Shown here: positions 38,473 through 59,246 of the stretch, one piece after another
Position numbering within the stretch: the stretch's first letter is position 1
Layout: each line of letters starts with the position of its first letter
Assembly (NCBI RefSeq): GCF_003918875.1
Contig: NW_025765547.1
Coordinates: 682,001-746,000, forward strand
Length of the DNA: 64,000 nt
Direction of reading: 5' to 3'
Source of the DNA: Haliotis rubra
Lineage: Eukaryota
The notes under the pieces: generated by a model
The model's input: the letters and a program-made list of their open reading frames with translations, nothing else
Told to the model about the DNA's origin: nothing
Database searches by the model: none
Made by a program: the position numbers and the translations under genes

Positions 38473-39196
38473 CCAGTTCTGCTCGGGTATCTGCACCAGC
38501 ACTGCAGTGCGTGTGTCAGTCAGTCGGTATGATAACATCATGTGTCAGGTAGTCATACCTGTTTGCCAGATAACTGCAATGTCATGATCACGAGTGTTGA
38601 ATTTTTTTTTATCTGTTTCAAACATATGAACGTTTGTGGTAAACATAACAAAACACGAATATTCCTCAAACTGCACAACAAATAAGACAAATGTCACTTT
38701 AGGATATTTTTATATTGGATTGTCTTGTTCAGACCCGATTTATTTACAAACAACACCATACATCTGTAATACTGCTGAAACAAATATCTGCTCATAATAT
38801 AGTCACAATTGTACAATCGACTCTTCTTTTGGCAGAGATTTCTGTGGAAAGGGTTTTGTCGCTTCTATCTATTTGATCAAGGTTGTCCGACTACTTGAAT
38901 TATAGTTAATTAGAATATTTATTCTGCCTTACTTAAAAAGGGAAAAAACAACGATGTGATTCTTCATCAGTGAGTATTACTTGACAAAGCTTTAAACGGC
39001 ATTGTTAAAAGTAAGTATGTTGAAAATGATTATTATAATCATTCTTAGAAGTAACAGTTTATATAACAGCAAAAATAACACAAAAGTGGTTTTATAAATG
39101 AACAGTTTCCAGAAAAAATATTTTTCATAAAGATAAATGGAATTGTGATGGTAACAGTTTCATTCTTATATATTATTACTTTAGTCATAAACATCA

Positions 39197-39428
39197 NNNN
39201 NNNNNNNNNNNNNNNNNNNNNNNNNNNNNNNNNNNNNNNNNNNNNNNNNNNNNNNNNNNNNNNNNNNNNNNNNNNNNNNNNNNNNNNNNNNNNNNNNNNN
39301 NNNNNNNNNNNNNNNNNNNNNNNNNNNNNNNNNNNNNNNNNNNNNNNNNNNNNNNNNNNNNNNNNNNNNNNNNNNNNNNNNNNNNNNNNNNNNNNNNNNN
39401 NNNNNNNNNNNNNNNNNNNNNNNNNNNN
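39197..39428. other. Assembly gap (232 N)
   Basis: Run of N. Confidence 1.
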
Positions 39429-40178
39429 GTGCAAGAATAAATCGTCTTACCGCTATAGTACGACGTGTTCTGCTGCGACATGGCGTAAGAGTCGCCGTCG
39501 ACGTTGATGTATTAGGGTGTCAGTATCCCTGCCGCAGGTGTCACAGATTTCAAAGATCACATATCACAGTTCACGATGATAACACAACATCGTTTCGAAA
39601 GCAAGACTTAGAACCACAGTTTATCCATCACTGGTAATCTTCAAAACCCGCAGTGACACACTGAAAACACACAGAGTTGCATATACAATAACACTGTCTG
39701 ACACAGCAGAATCAGAGATCTGGTCCTGCTCGCTTACATGCGATTATTCAAATCAAACATCAGGTTAACTTGTCTCTATGCGCTGTTGACTTAGTGTAAA
39801 GACACGTGATTTGGTTGTTGTGGTGATGATCTATATACCTGTATCACGTAGGCTGATACATCACGTGATATTAGTCATCACGTTACATTACTTACCAACG
39901 TTAATATGTCGAAATTGTCCGTTTGCTCAATAACATCCGGTTAGCGAGACTCGTGGGTATTGTACGTACGCTTCAATCAATACACGATAGTAACGTTGTT
40001 TGTTGCCTCCCCATTCAGAAATATTCCAGCTGTAGGTTAACAGTCTGTAAATAATCGATACTGGGCTTGCGAATACAGACGCGTCTTACTGCCAGTATGA
40101 GTTGCTGAAAACGAATTCTATTCCCGACCTTTAAGGGACTTCGTATAATTGTTAGACACTTTTTCCTATCTGCAGAAC

Positions 40179-40425
40179 GGTGAAGATCCGGGTTAGAATT
40201 GGTCTTCAGAACCCATGCTTGTCGTAAGGGCGACTAACGGGATCGGTTGGTCAAGCTCGATGACTTTGTTGACACGTGTCATCGTATCACAATTGCGTAG
40301 TTCAATGCTCATGCTATTGATCACTGGATTGTCTGCTTCAGTCGTGTTTATTTACAGACTGCCGTTATTTGGCTGGACTATTGCTGAGTGCGGCGTTCAA
40401 CAACCAACCAACCAACCAACCAGCC
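40179..40425 (+). mobile_element. Short retroposon family 1
   Basis: Full head and (CAAC)n tail. Confidence 0.85.
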
Positions 40426-42842
40426 AGCCTATCTGCAGTTCTCTTTCTATTCAACCATTGTCCATCATCATGTGTTTGTATCAGTACTGGGACTTCGGAC
40501 AGACCGGTTAGAAAAGTAAAGTTTGTCGTGTTTTTATTTATCTCCGATTTGTTGACCACCCTGCAGCTTTAGCGTATCCATAACTGTGTTAACTTCATCA
40601 TCAGCTAGGGCGATGTTGTAGACATACAAATAAAACACGAGTTCTATTCCCATATACATATAGGCACAATGTGTGAAGCCCATTTCTGACTTTGTCTGCA
40701 CTGATATCGCTGAAATGTTACTGAAAGCGGCGAAAAACTATCTTCACTCAACAGCAGCTGTTGTATGTCGTCACTGGGACGCTGTTAAGTCACTTAAAAT
40801 ATTGCAAAAGAACAAAACTTTTTGAGCTAATAAGTATAAGGTAAGACACAGACCCGATGAAAGCGTCAATGACGTTTGTAAATCTGTCGGGGCACCTGCA
40901 CCTTCATCTCTTTCATCATAAACCCCTTCATCTGACTGAATTCCCTGGTGTATTCATACATATTGACAAACAGTTTACATGCATGTGTTATCACAGAAAT
41001 AAACCATTACCTAACACAGAAGTAGTTATAATTAATATGATTAACTTACTGTCTTCAAATTATATATACAAACAGTCAAACGCATTACATTAAGAAGTAA
41101 TGTATTGCCTGCTACAAGCAACTTTGATTTGTTAACGCCTCCAACATAACCATTGATGCTCAGGTAATGTTAATACTGTGGTTTTTGTGTTGTAATATGG
41201 GCCGGTGGTCTAGTTACGGAAATACTACGAAGTGAAACAGAGATTATATTTAACATACTTAAATACATGTAGTGTGTGTTCTTGAGTGCGTGCGTGCGTG
41301 CGTGTGTTTGTACTTGCGTGCGTGTGTGTGTGTTTCCAACAAGTATATCTAACATACAACAATAAGAACTAAGTATTCATGACCCACAAATATGTATTCG
41401 AATAACATACTTTTTAAAACTATTAAAAAACTATTGATTGACTAACTAAGAAAGCAAGTTATAATATAACCAATTCAGTTAATTGAACACCTGTTAAACT
41501 GACGTAAAATACTCTCTACAGTTGAAACTCAAAGTCTTGCTCTTAGCGCAAATACCTTGCAATCATTCTGTATCGTTTTGTTTCTTTAAAATGACAGTAC
41601 GCCCGGCGAAATCTTTGAAAACGAAATTCGAGTGGCTATATTCCCTTTTGTGCATTATGTTATTAATGGGTGGTATAAAATATACTCCATGTCAAATATA
41701 TTGTTTTTATTTGTTATTTGATCCATGTAGAAACGACTGTACCTCAACATCGTCTATAGAAGGGCTGCATTCTAGCCCAAGAATATATTAGTATTTATAA
41801 ATTTTGGTTCAGCAAACCCAGAATTTTACATGTGGCATTTTCAATCAGTGATGATGAAGTTTATTGTTAGTTTACTTAAGTTTTACTTAAAATAGCCCTT
41901 CTTGTAAAGATTTTAGTTTGATTTTTAATACATAAAATATGCATTAAAAATCGCACTAAACTTCCCATCCAAAATACCTGTAAAATTGCAATGCAAATGA
42001 TGATGAATGTTAAATGGTAATTTATATCCATCGCTCAAGAGGACCTATTTCAACATTCTACATTTTAATTTATTTTTGAAATATAATATTTGTTTAGTTT
42101 GACCTTCTGGTGTACAATTGTCCCATTGTCCCGTCCCATTACAATTTCTCTGTGAAATGGTTCGATAGTTTACACTTGCAGTCATTGCATGTAATTAGTT
42201 ATAACTTAGTAACGACATGATATGGAACCTCAAGTATCGATGCATTTTAAAGCCAATATACCAATGTACTACACAGTATCGACTGACTGGTATGCAGTTA
42301 TGACAAGGTCAGTAGAAAGTGCTACAATTGACCTCGGTCTCGCCTTATCATGGGAAAAGAAAAAGCTATTTAATCTGGAGAGCATAATACACTTTCCTGT
42401 CATTGTCATCAATTGTCATTCAAAATTGTGTGGCATGGCACACCTTTAAGTGATTTATTCTTTACATCGCCATGCAAAATGTGGTACTAATCACACCAAT
42501 GAAATAATCATTATCTGGACAGAACATATTTCAATTTATACTTTTGGGCATAATGTGCAAACTATCTTCATAACCATGACACATCTTACTCTTGCATGCC
42601 AATTTTGATTACAATTGGACAACAATTTATGAATTGGATAATAGTGTGATGGGTGAAAAAACGGACGCGCAGAGCTCCTCTTGATGATAATAGTAAGAGT
42701 GTCATCGAAATTCATGATTATGCAAAACAACTTAAAATTATGGTTTCTTTTGAAACATGACTACACAACGACACTCTCTAAATTGTCCCACTCTCTCAAA
42801 TCCCTCAAATCTCAAATCTTTTTAACGAGGCACCTTAATAAA

Positions 42843-43081
42843 TATGCAATGCAAAGAAACGCAACCACACGTGTATTTACGTATGTTTAAAACTTTTATT
42901 ACAATTTACGTAAATATTTATTACATTTTACCGCAACTAAAATAATTACAATTTACGTCAATTCTATTACAACTTTCGTAATATAATTTACGTCAATGCT
43001 TGTTACAGTTTACGTCAAGGGTTATTACAATTTGCTTCAAGTATTACAATTTACGTATTTATTACAGTTTACGTCGTAACA
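42843..43081. repeat. Dispersed element with internal TTACAATTTACGT repeats
   Basis: Reverse-complement homolog of 59247-59732, sharing both ends. Confidence 0.75.
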
Positions 43082-44199
43082 AAACCCCTTTTATCAACAT
43101 GACTCACCATAGACCATTCTTAATGAGGCCTCATGAATATTCATATATGTACCAAAACGAGGCTAAATTGGGCACGGACACAATTGCATAATGGCGACAA
43201 ATCTCAATGTATACTTCCTGGTTTCAAATTTCCCTTGAACGGTACATTACGAAACTGTCCAGTAGTTCAGGGAAATCGCAGAGAAATGTCGGCGATCTAG
43301 CCCCCTCAGCCACCTCGGCTGCCACAAAATGGAAGACGGACACCTGGTAATCCAGATCACCTACTTTGAGCGACCAACTGAGTGTACGTGAAACCCCAAA
43401 TATAACATATCTTAAATTGACCACTTTCTGAATGGTATTGTGGATTCATTGTCTTAATCAGAAACTCTTGGGGTTTGGTGCTTCCCTTGCGTCGTGTACC
43501 CCTTGGCTTTGGTGATATCTCTCACTGATGTTCATTATCCATACTCCAGCGCATTGTATAGATGAACAACTGCATTAAATGACATCCTTTCATCCACTCG
43601 TTATATGCTTTTTGGGCATGCAAAGCCCAGCATCCTTTATCGCAAGTCACATGACTGAAAATTAGATGAATGTTAGACCGAACTGGTAGTCTCTAAATTT
43701 CATTTGAAACCGAACGCGTAGACCATGTTGTGTAGACCATTCTAAAAGGAAACAAATATACCGTTTACCAGGTAAGCAAATCTTACTAACGTTTTGTTGT
43801 AGAATTTGTATAAATAGAGATGTATATTCCCAAGGCTTCCTGATGCGTTAGACATTGTTGTATATGAGTTTGAATATATCATTATAATAGAAGGTAATAT
43901 GATAGTGAGGTTCCCTGATAATTGTGGAGCAAAACTCATATAATTGTATTTTTCGAGTTTTAATAAATGTTTTGTTATTAACATTTCCATCACGTCTGTT
44001 GTGTTGATAGCAGCCATGTTGGTGGTCAAGCTGAAGTAGTGCGCAGTGTTGTATACATGCGCAGAGAAACGGTCTTAAAAACAGACGTACTTTCAAATTG
44101 ATAGTGTCTAATATTATTGATTGTCCAATCAAATTCGCGTATTTCACGTAGTCATGTTATGTGCATCAAGTGACGGCCATACGGACAACATGCTTATAT

Positions 44200-44286
44200 C
44201 CACGTGACCAATGTTGTATTACACCTTGTATATAACGGTAATTTTGCCAACACCTGTCACTCGAACCACCGTACTCGCACATCAAG
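44200..44286 (+). promoter_or_regulatory. Cathepsin L promoter and non-coding first exon
   Basis: CCACGTGAC at 44200, GTATATAAC at 44228, donor AAG|GTAAGA at 44286/44287. The next exon begins CAG|ATG. Confidence 0.6.
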
Positions 44287-44582
44287 GTAAGAGTGAGATA
44301 CTGTGGGATGTGATGATACCTACGTATGGTAATGATCAGTCATATCATGACTTTAGCTTTCAATGATTGAACGAAAACCTACACCTTCCTACCCAATCAC
44401 CATTTCCGTGTACTGCACGTACAATTTGAATACCCTACTCTTAACTCTGTGTGTATTTGTTTGTGCTTGTGTGTGTGTGCGTGGGTGGGTGTCCTTGTGT
44501 TCGTGTGCTAGATGCGTTTCTATATGTGTCCGAGGAAAACAGGGAGAATATTAAATCGATCAAAATGTTTCTGTCGGTGCAG

Positions 44583-52224
<7,642 letters not shown>

Positions 52225-52311
52225 AGAAGCACTTTTACAAATAGGGTTTTCTGATCTCATATTAGGGTCAGATGAATCACTCAGATACTATACTTTCTGT
52301 TTATTTATTTC

Positions 52312-52515
52312 TTGTTAAACACCGCACTGAGCAATATTCCAGATATAAGATGACGGTCCAGGACAATCCAGTGATCCACATCGTGAGCAATTGGGATACG
52401 ATGACATGTGTCAAACAAGTCAGCGAGCCTGACCTCACCTTCGATCTTTGTTTGTCGCATTTTACGACAAGCATGTTTTCCTGAAGATCAATTCTAACCT
52501 GGATCTCTCACACGG
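52312..52515 (-). mobile_element. Short retroposon family 1, diverged
   Basis: Homologous to the 2547 family. Confidence 0.7.
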
Positions 52516-52868
52516 GCTTCAATACTTTCTGAGGGCACATGCCAACACCTCCATACTGGGTCGCGTCAGGGGAACCCCTTTTAAATGGATGGATGAGTAA
52601 ACATTCTGAAACGACAGTCTTTAGGTGAAACTTACGTGCGTCACCATTCTGAAACCGTCGATGTTAGTTTACAAGATTACAAAATCAGATGCACAGTTCT
52701 GGAACATAACAACGAGAATTTGCACAGTTTCTATAACGAAATTTGTTCATATGGCGCGACCTAGTATGGGAGATATATGAGATATTCCTACTGAGACGTG
52801 TCCTATCGGAGTATAATACTCTTTGAATGTAATGAGATTGATTCTTTTCTAAAAAAATGCGGTTTAAT

Positions 52869-53830
52869 ATATACTTCCCAAAAAGAAACGCATATAGGAA
52901 TTTCAACTGTATTTTTATGATTATTTTGAAACATCTTGTAGGCTTTATGGAGTCAATGAAATATAGCGACATTGCACATTTGAGAGGAAGACTTATCTGT
53001 TCTTTTGGCACCAAACCCCGAGGAGAAAGCAGCGGGTTTGAGTCCGTCACATGGAGACGTGTGGTGGCGCTGAAGTCAATACCTCGTGTGATCTCACAGT
53101 GGGCATCCAGAACTGCACGGCATCGCGCACGAATAAGTCTCAGAATCTCGTGTTGCCCAATCGCAGCCTACTCTGCCTGTAGTGCCTGTGCGGACAGCTG
53201 AAGCGCCCGTGGCTGAGGGTTACGGCGTCGCACCCGTCTGTCCAGGGCACCCCACAAGATGTCTGATCGGGTTTTTTAAGTCCGGTATCTTTGAGGGCCA
53301 GGAGCGTACATTGATGTTGTGGCTCTGGAGGAAGTCTCTAGTGTGACGTGCTGTGTGGGACTGGTGCATTGTCCCTGTTGAAACAACTTCCATCGTACGG
53401 CAGGTGATCGCTCCCCACATCATAACACCGCCCCAGCCGAATCTGTCCACCTTGGCAAATACAAGCGTCGGCGAAACGTTCATCATCGTCGACGTCTGTA
53501 CACCACTTCTTTGCATCGCGTCGTTCCAATCCGTGGAAATCGTGATCTCATCACTGAACCAGATTCTACGCCAATTCGGTAGGTTCCATTGTTCTGGAAC
53601 GTTGGTGCACTATTGAACCTCTAGATGTCGACGATGCTGTTGTCGACAGCACAGTGCCAAAAATAAGGTCTTCTAAGGCACGTAAACTCAGATACGTACC
53701 CTTCAAACTGTTCTGGATTTGTGACTGTGCAGAAAGCCTCCTCAATCCGGGTATTTGTCGAGCGGTCTCTCTGGTCGCGAGTAGCTGTTCTGATGACGCA
53801 GGTGATGTGTAATTCCTGTATTTCAAATAT
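52869..53830 (-). mobile_element. Decayed Tc1/mariner element (TIR plus DDE-region fragments)
   Basis: DRFGWGGVMMWGAI, RDNAP, HTARHTRDFLQSHNINVRSWPSKIPDL.NPI. The terminus TATACTTCCCAAAAAGAAACGCAT. Confidence 0.8.
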
Positions 53831-55624
53831 CAGCTCCGATGAGACATTTAGATAAATGATTTTGTAATCAAAATATTTTCCAATAAAATATAAATAAAAG
53901 AACGTTTGAATAGTCAGTGATACGTAAAGGTTCCTCCATTTGACATCAGTGCCACTGAATACACAGTATTACTGTCCTTTTTGGCTAAAATGCGGTTTAA
54001 TATATTTCAAATATCAGCTCCAACAGAAACATTTCCATAAATGATTGTGTAAAGAGCTCGGCTAACTGGGCTTGTATTGGGTTCAGGCTTTGATATTAAT
54101 TAATACGTTTGGATTATATTGACTGTATTAGCAATAAGTGACTGTGGAATACCTAGTGTCAAATATTGGCATATTTTGCTATATTTGTGTATTTCATTCT
54201 TTCGGTCTAACCATACAGCACCACGTGGCCTCAGTTTTCGCGCATTGTGTTTGCATTTGGGGAAACCTCGACAGATGCCGAATTTGCAGAGAAACATGAA
54301 TCAATGATATCCAAACATTTGAAGCCAAAGCATGAGGATGGCCGAGTTCTGAGTGATGCGACTTCGGCATTACCTATCAAATGTGTTGTCATTTTACATT
54401 CTGTTGCCCCAAGATTACCTTTGACAAACTTGAGTCCAATTGCTCTGGTTTGAGATAATAAATCTCTGACCGATGTGCAGTTTGATATCGATATTTTGCA
54501 TGGTCAGTGAAGTATGATGTGGTCTAGCAACATTTAACTTAACTTTCCCTCCTGGACAGTGACCTTTCAAAATTAGTTCATATACCGGTCACAAGTGTTA
54601 GATTCAAACCAGTGTGTATCAAATCCACCTGTTACATCCCACGTCAACACTCCACAGGCAGCCAGTCCCGTCCTTGGTACTTCCCCTCAAACCTTTTTAG
54701 TTTTCTTGTTTGAGGTGATTGCTGGATGGGTTAAAGCAACAACCAAGGAGGATCAGACCAATCGCCTTGTGTCGGAGGCAAAAACACATCTCCGCATCGA
54801 TGTTTCCAGGGATCTCCTACCTGCACTAACTGTTGAGGTATACTAATAGACAATGCCTTGGTATTTCTAACCATAATGCAATGGAACTGTACAAGACACC
54901 TTTCTTTGGCCAGAGAGTCATTCTTGAATGAATGGTTATCTTGGTCTCCGACAAGACAGACTAACAAACAATCTAACTACTAAAAATCCTCGGAGAGGTG
55001 GTTGTGCTATACATATTAAGTCTGATTTGTCGCATATGGTTCCCAAGTTACCAAACCGCCATATAGCTGGGATATTGCTGAGCGCGGCGTTAAACAACAA
55101 ACCAACTCAAGTTACCAAAAGCAGTGTATGAGGCTAATGCGGTAAACAATCATTTGGGGAAAGGTAAAACCATTGCTATTGGTAATATCTATAATGCAGG
55201 TAAGCCAAACGGATTACAATGGTCAAATTGTTGAACACCTTTTAGATGCAGCAGTCTTTGTCCTTTTAAACGATGGTAAATTACTCGCATGGATTTTGGT
55301 GAAAAGTCTTTTCTCCCTTGGATCTTTCAATGATATCCCAATTGCGTAGATAGATGTTCATGCTGTTGATCAGTGGATTGTCTGGTTCAGACTCGATTAT
55401 TTACAGACCGCCGCCATATAGCGGGAATGTTGCAGTCAGGCGTAAAACTAAACTCACTCACTTCAATGATGTCATCACCAATAGTCAGTAAATGTAGCTG
55501 GGATGTATTTCAGGAAGATGCGTTAGGTAGTGACCATTTTCCTGTTTTTATTGAAATTCAGGCCCGACCACATCGCGTTTCTTGTGATAATTCAAGAAGA
55601 CTAAAGATATACTCGTAACCACAG

Positions 55625-56917
55625 GGGCGTGTCACGCTTAGAAACAGCGTTAGAAAGACATATAGGTATATAGACCCTACCCTAGTACTATATAAAAAGG
55701 AAAGGGATGTAACGACGGAACCACCCCCTCCTCAATCTAAGTTAGATTTCACCACGTAAACTATTTTTAAGTCCCCGCCGAGGCCTACGGATCAAAAGCG
55801 AGGTGATTTTCCTACAAAATGAGCTATAAATGGTCACAATCGGATCATTATTTCAAAAGTTATACGCCACGACTCACCGAAAACAGCTACCTTCGCAATT
55901 CCAAGCCAAAATCATGGATCACCCAAGACAGCGAAAACTCACCTATTAAATTCGTTTATTAATTCCAGCCACGTTGACAGCACCTATGTAGGGCTAGATT
56001 CGATCGGCAGCTCCATTCTTCGGGTCTAAAAACTTATTGCAACATCTACAAATCATTTCCTCGACAGTAAGCAGACATTTTCTCCAAAACCATCGGCAAT
56101 CATACTCATTTGTCGGCCATAGATGGCCTTGACATTCAAGTGATCTGAGCAGATCCGCAGAAACGAAATTGGGCCATCCGATTGGTGGAAAATATAGTAT
56201 GCTGTAAGATTTTGACTGTTTGCTAATGGCGCGAAATATGAACTTTGCAATAATCCTTTATTTTGGATTATGTACGGAACAGTAAATTGTTAAGAATAGT
56301 TTTAGAGGTTGTAAAAATGCTTTCGATATTGATTCATTTTTAGGAAATTATATTTATAAATATTTAACCTCTAAAATTATCCTTACAAATTTACTGGTCA
56401 GGTCACTTAAACGTCAAGGCCATCTATGGCCGACAAGTGAGTATGATTGCCGATGGTTTTGGAGAAAATGTCTGCTTACTGTCGAGGAAATGATTTGTAG
56501 ATGTTGCAATAAGTTTTAGACCCGAAGAATGGCGCTGCCGATCGAATCTAGCCCTACATAGGTGCTGTCAACGTGGCTGGAATTAATAAACGAATTTAAT
56601 AGGTGAGTTTTCGCTGTCTTGGGTGATCCATGATTTTGGCTTGGAATTGCGGAGGTAGCTGTTTTCGGTGAGTCGTGGCGTATAACTTTTGAAATAATGA
56701 TCCGATTGTGACCATTTATAGCTCATTTTGTAGGAAATCACCTCGCTTTTGATCCGTAGGCCTCGGCGGGCCTTAAAAATAGTTTACGTGGTGAAATCTA
56801 ACTTAGATTGAGGAGGGGGTGGTTCCGTCGTTACATCCCTTTCCTTTTATATAGTACTAGGGTAGGGTCTATATACCTATATGTCTTTCTAACGCTGTTT
56901 CTAAGCGTGACAAGCCC
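55625..56917. mobile_element. Foldback element with near-perfect inverted arms of about 525 bp
   Basis: 55625-56150 is the reverse complement of about 56395-56917. The spacer holds a second short inverted repeat. No coding capacity. Confidence 0.85.
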
Positions 56918-57448
56918 GAACCAGCACACGTCCGAATCTCTCTCCCCTTCATAGGAAAGACCTCCCACCACATCAGCCGTCTGTTGAAGCAACAAGCCGG
57001 CATCGAAACCTACTTCGCCAACTCTACACGACTGAACCCCTACTGCAAGTCAATGGCAGGAACATATCTAAACTACAAAAAACAAAACAAAGGTGTTGTC
57101 TACAAACACTTAACATCTACCAAACATCAGACCGAAAATCGGCCACCTCAGAACACATCACCAACTGTCCTAATCACAACGTCAAGTGGGATAATATGGA
57201 AATATTATCAAGAAAAAAACCCAGGACTTCACCAAAAGGAAATTTGCAGAAGCAGTTTAAATCTGACCACACAAAACATCAATCGACAGAGACCGATGAT
57301 ATATGAGCCCATCCACATACAATGAACAGATAAAAACAACAGAACTGCAACCGAGCTAATTAGTCCAATCTGCTATCATGTAAATTCTGTCCAGCCCCCT
57401 TCAACTGTTGGCTTCCTCTTACTGTTACTATATTATTACCAATATCTA

Positions 57449-57504
<56 letters not shown>

Positions 57505-57690
57505 AATCCCTTTGATATATACCCTCATGTTGTCTTACATAATCCCTGTAATATGTATATCAATTGGTTCTGGTCTGTATCGCTTCAGTCTTGCTGGACA
57601 ACGATATAAGAATCTACACCGAAACGTTGCATCATAATATAATAAAGAAATTGTTCTCCATAAAGTATCGTACCTTTCTTATTGCAGCTT
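56918..57690 (+). mobile_element. Penelope-like element 3' remnant (GIY-YIG region plus terminal repeat)
   Basis: LPFIGKTSHHISRLLKQ..KGVVYK..KSATSEH..NHNVKWDNMEIL..KRKFAEAV..NINR read across frameshifts, then a CCGAAACGTTG..AATAAAG end. Confidence 0.7.
57448..57503. repeat. (TTG)n microsatellite
   Basis: Directly visible. Confidence 0.95.
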
Positions 57691-58124
57691 TATCAAGAAC
57701 ACATAATTCATCACCTGGTGCAGATGAGCTATGCTATGAAATGTTTAAGCGTATGCCAGATTCTGCTCTAGCTGTTAGTCGGGAACCTTTGAATTTACGT
57801 TGATGTTCTGGATCCTGTCCTAAGACACTAAGACATGCCAAATAGTTCCAGTGCCCAAACCATGAAAAGATCCATCGCTTCCTGCATCATATATACCGAT
57901 TGCTCTCACCTCCAAGCTTTGTACAATCATGGACAAAATACTAACTAATCGCGTGAACTATTATCTTGAATAAAAAGAACTTCTTAATCAAATCAAGCCA
58001 GGATTCAGAAAGGGACGTTCATGTGTAGATCATGATGTTCGTCTTGAAACTGAAGCACAGAAAGCTCTATGCAACCAAGAGTACATGTTATGTGTATTTC
58101 ACCTACTGAAATACACTCTTGTTT

Positions 58125-58245
58125 GACAACGGTACAAGAATCTGTATCGGAACATCGCACTCACGACAACGGTACAAGAATCCGTATCGGAATATTGCAC
58201 TCACGACAACGGTACAAGAATCTGTATCGGAACATCGCACTCACG
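58125..58245. repeat. 3x40-bp tandem repeat related to the Penelope terminal motif
   Basis: (GACAACGGTACAAGAATCTGTATCGGAACATCGCACTCAC)3, similar to 57597-57633. Confidence 0.8.
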
Positions 58246-58572
58246 AAAAAAAAGTTGTCATCTATAAAACATTGTGCTTTTTTGTACGTATCAACTTCTA
58301 AAATGCCACTCAAACAAGTGTGTATTTCTTGATATCGAAAAGGTTTATGATTTGGAGACAAGGCTTGCTCGTCAAATTGTGGACACTTTTAATTAGAGGT
58401 AACATGTTTAAGTGGATAAGGCATGAATATTTATCAGGCTTTATTTGTGTTTATCACAGTCAGTAAGCGCGTATGATAAGCACAAAGCGATCTTAGCGCT
58501 TAAGTGACCTTAACACGGGCGCTTTGTAGAAAGGGGCTAAGGGCATTTCCCTAAGTCATGTTCTGGCCACAG

Positions 58573-58723
58573 AGTGAGTGGGTGAGTTTAGTTTTACGCC
58601 GCATTTAGCAATATTCCACCAATACCACGGAAACATGCTTCAGACATTGTAGGGGGATTGAACCCGTGTCTTCGGCGTGACGAGCGAACGTTTTAAGCAC
58701 TAGGCTACCCCTACCGCCCCGCT
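58573..58723 (-). mobile_element. tRNA-derived SINE family 2
   Basis: TSD TGGCCACAG on both sides. Confidence 0.85.
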
Positions 58724-59246
58724 TGGCCACAGGACGCTTTGTGAAACAGGGCACGGGACAATTCCACAATGTCGTGGTGGGCCGTAGAGATACGTTATCG
58801 TAAACAGTCTATATTAAAAGTGCTCATTCAGTAAACAAATATTTGGCCAGACAAGAAACACACTTCGTTCACATCGCACAAGGTTGGGACCTTCAAAATC
58901 TCTTTTGGAAGAATGATGTGCTCTGGCATGTCGGCAATCTAGCGTTTGTTTGGCAGATAAGACTTAGGACCTAGGCTGTTCTGGCTTCAACCGGGAAGGT
59001 TGTTATAATTGGATACCATTACAAATTACAATGGGGAATAAAACAAAACCAGAATATTTGGAGACAGATGTTTCGACACATCCGGACCTACTCTGTGGAA
59101 CAGTCTGCCATTCAGCCTGAGGTCACATCATGAACTGTCAGCGTTCAAAGCAAATCTAAAGACCTACTTCTTCGGAAAGGCTTACGATGTTCCTCAACAG
59201 GGACCCTTGACAAGTCTTTCAACTGCAAGTTCCTAGCTCAGTATAG

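Larger units (their letters stand above)
54870..58420 (+). mobile_element. Fragmented I/Jockey-group LINE (APE endonuclease plus RT), interrupted by younger insertions
   Basis: MQWNC, GGCAIHIK and GSDHFPV (endonuclease); SSPGADELCYEMFK, IALTS and QAGFRKGRS-like remnants (RT). Confidence 0.7.

Noticed and set aside
39045-39507. ORFs spanning poly-X
   Set aside because: Artefacts of the N gap.
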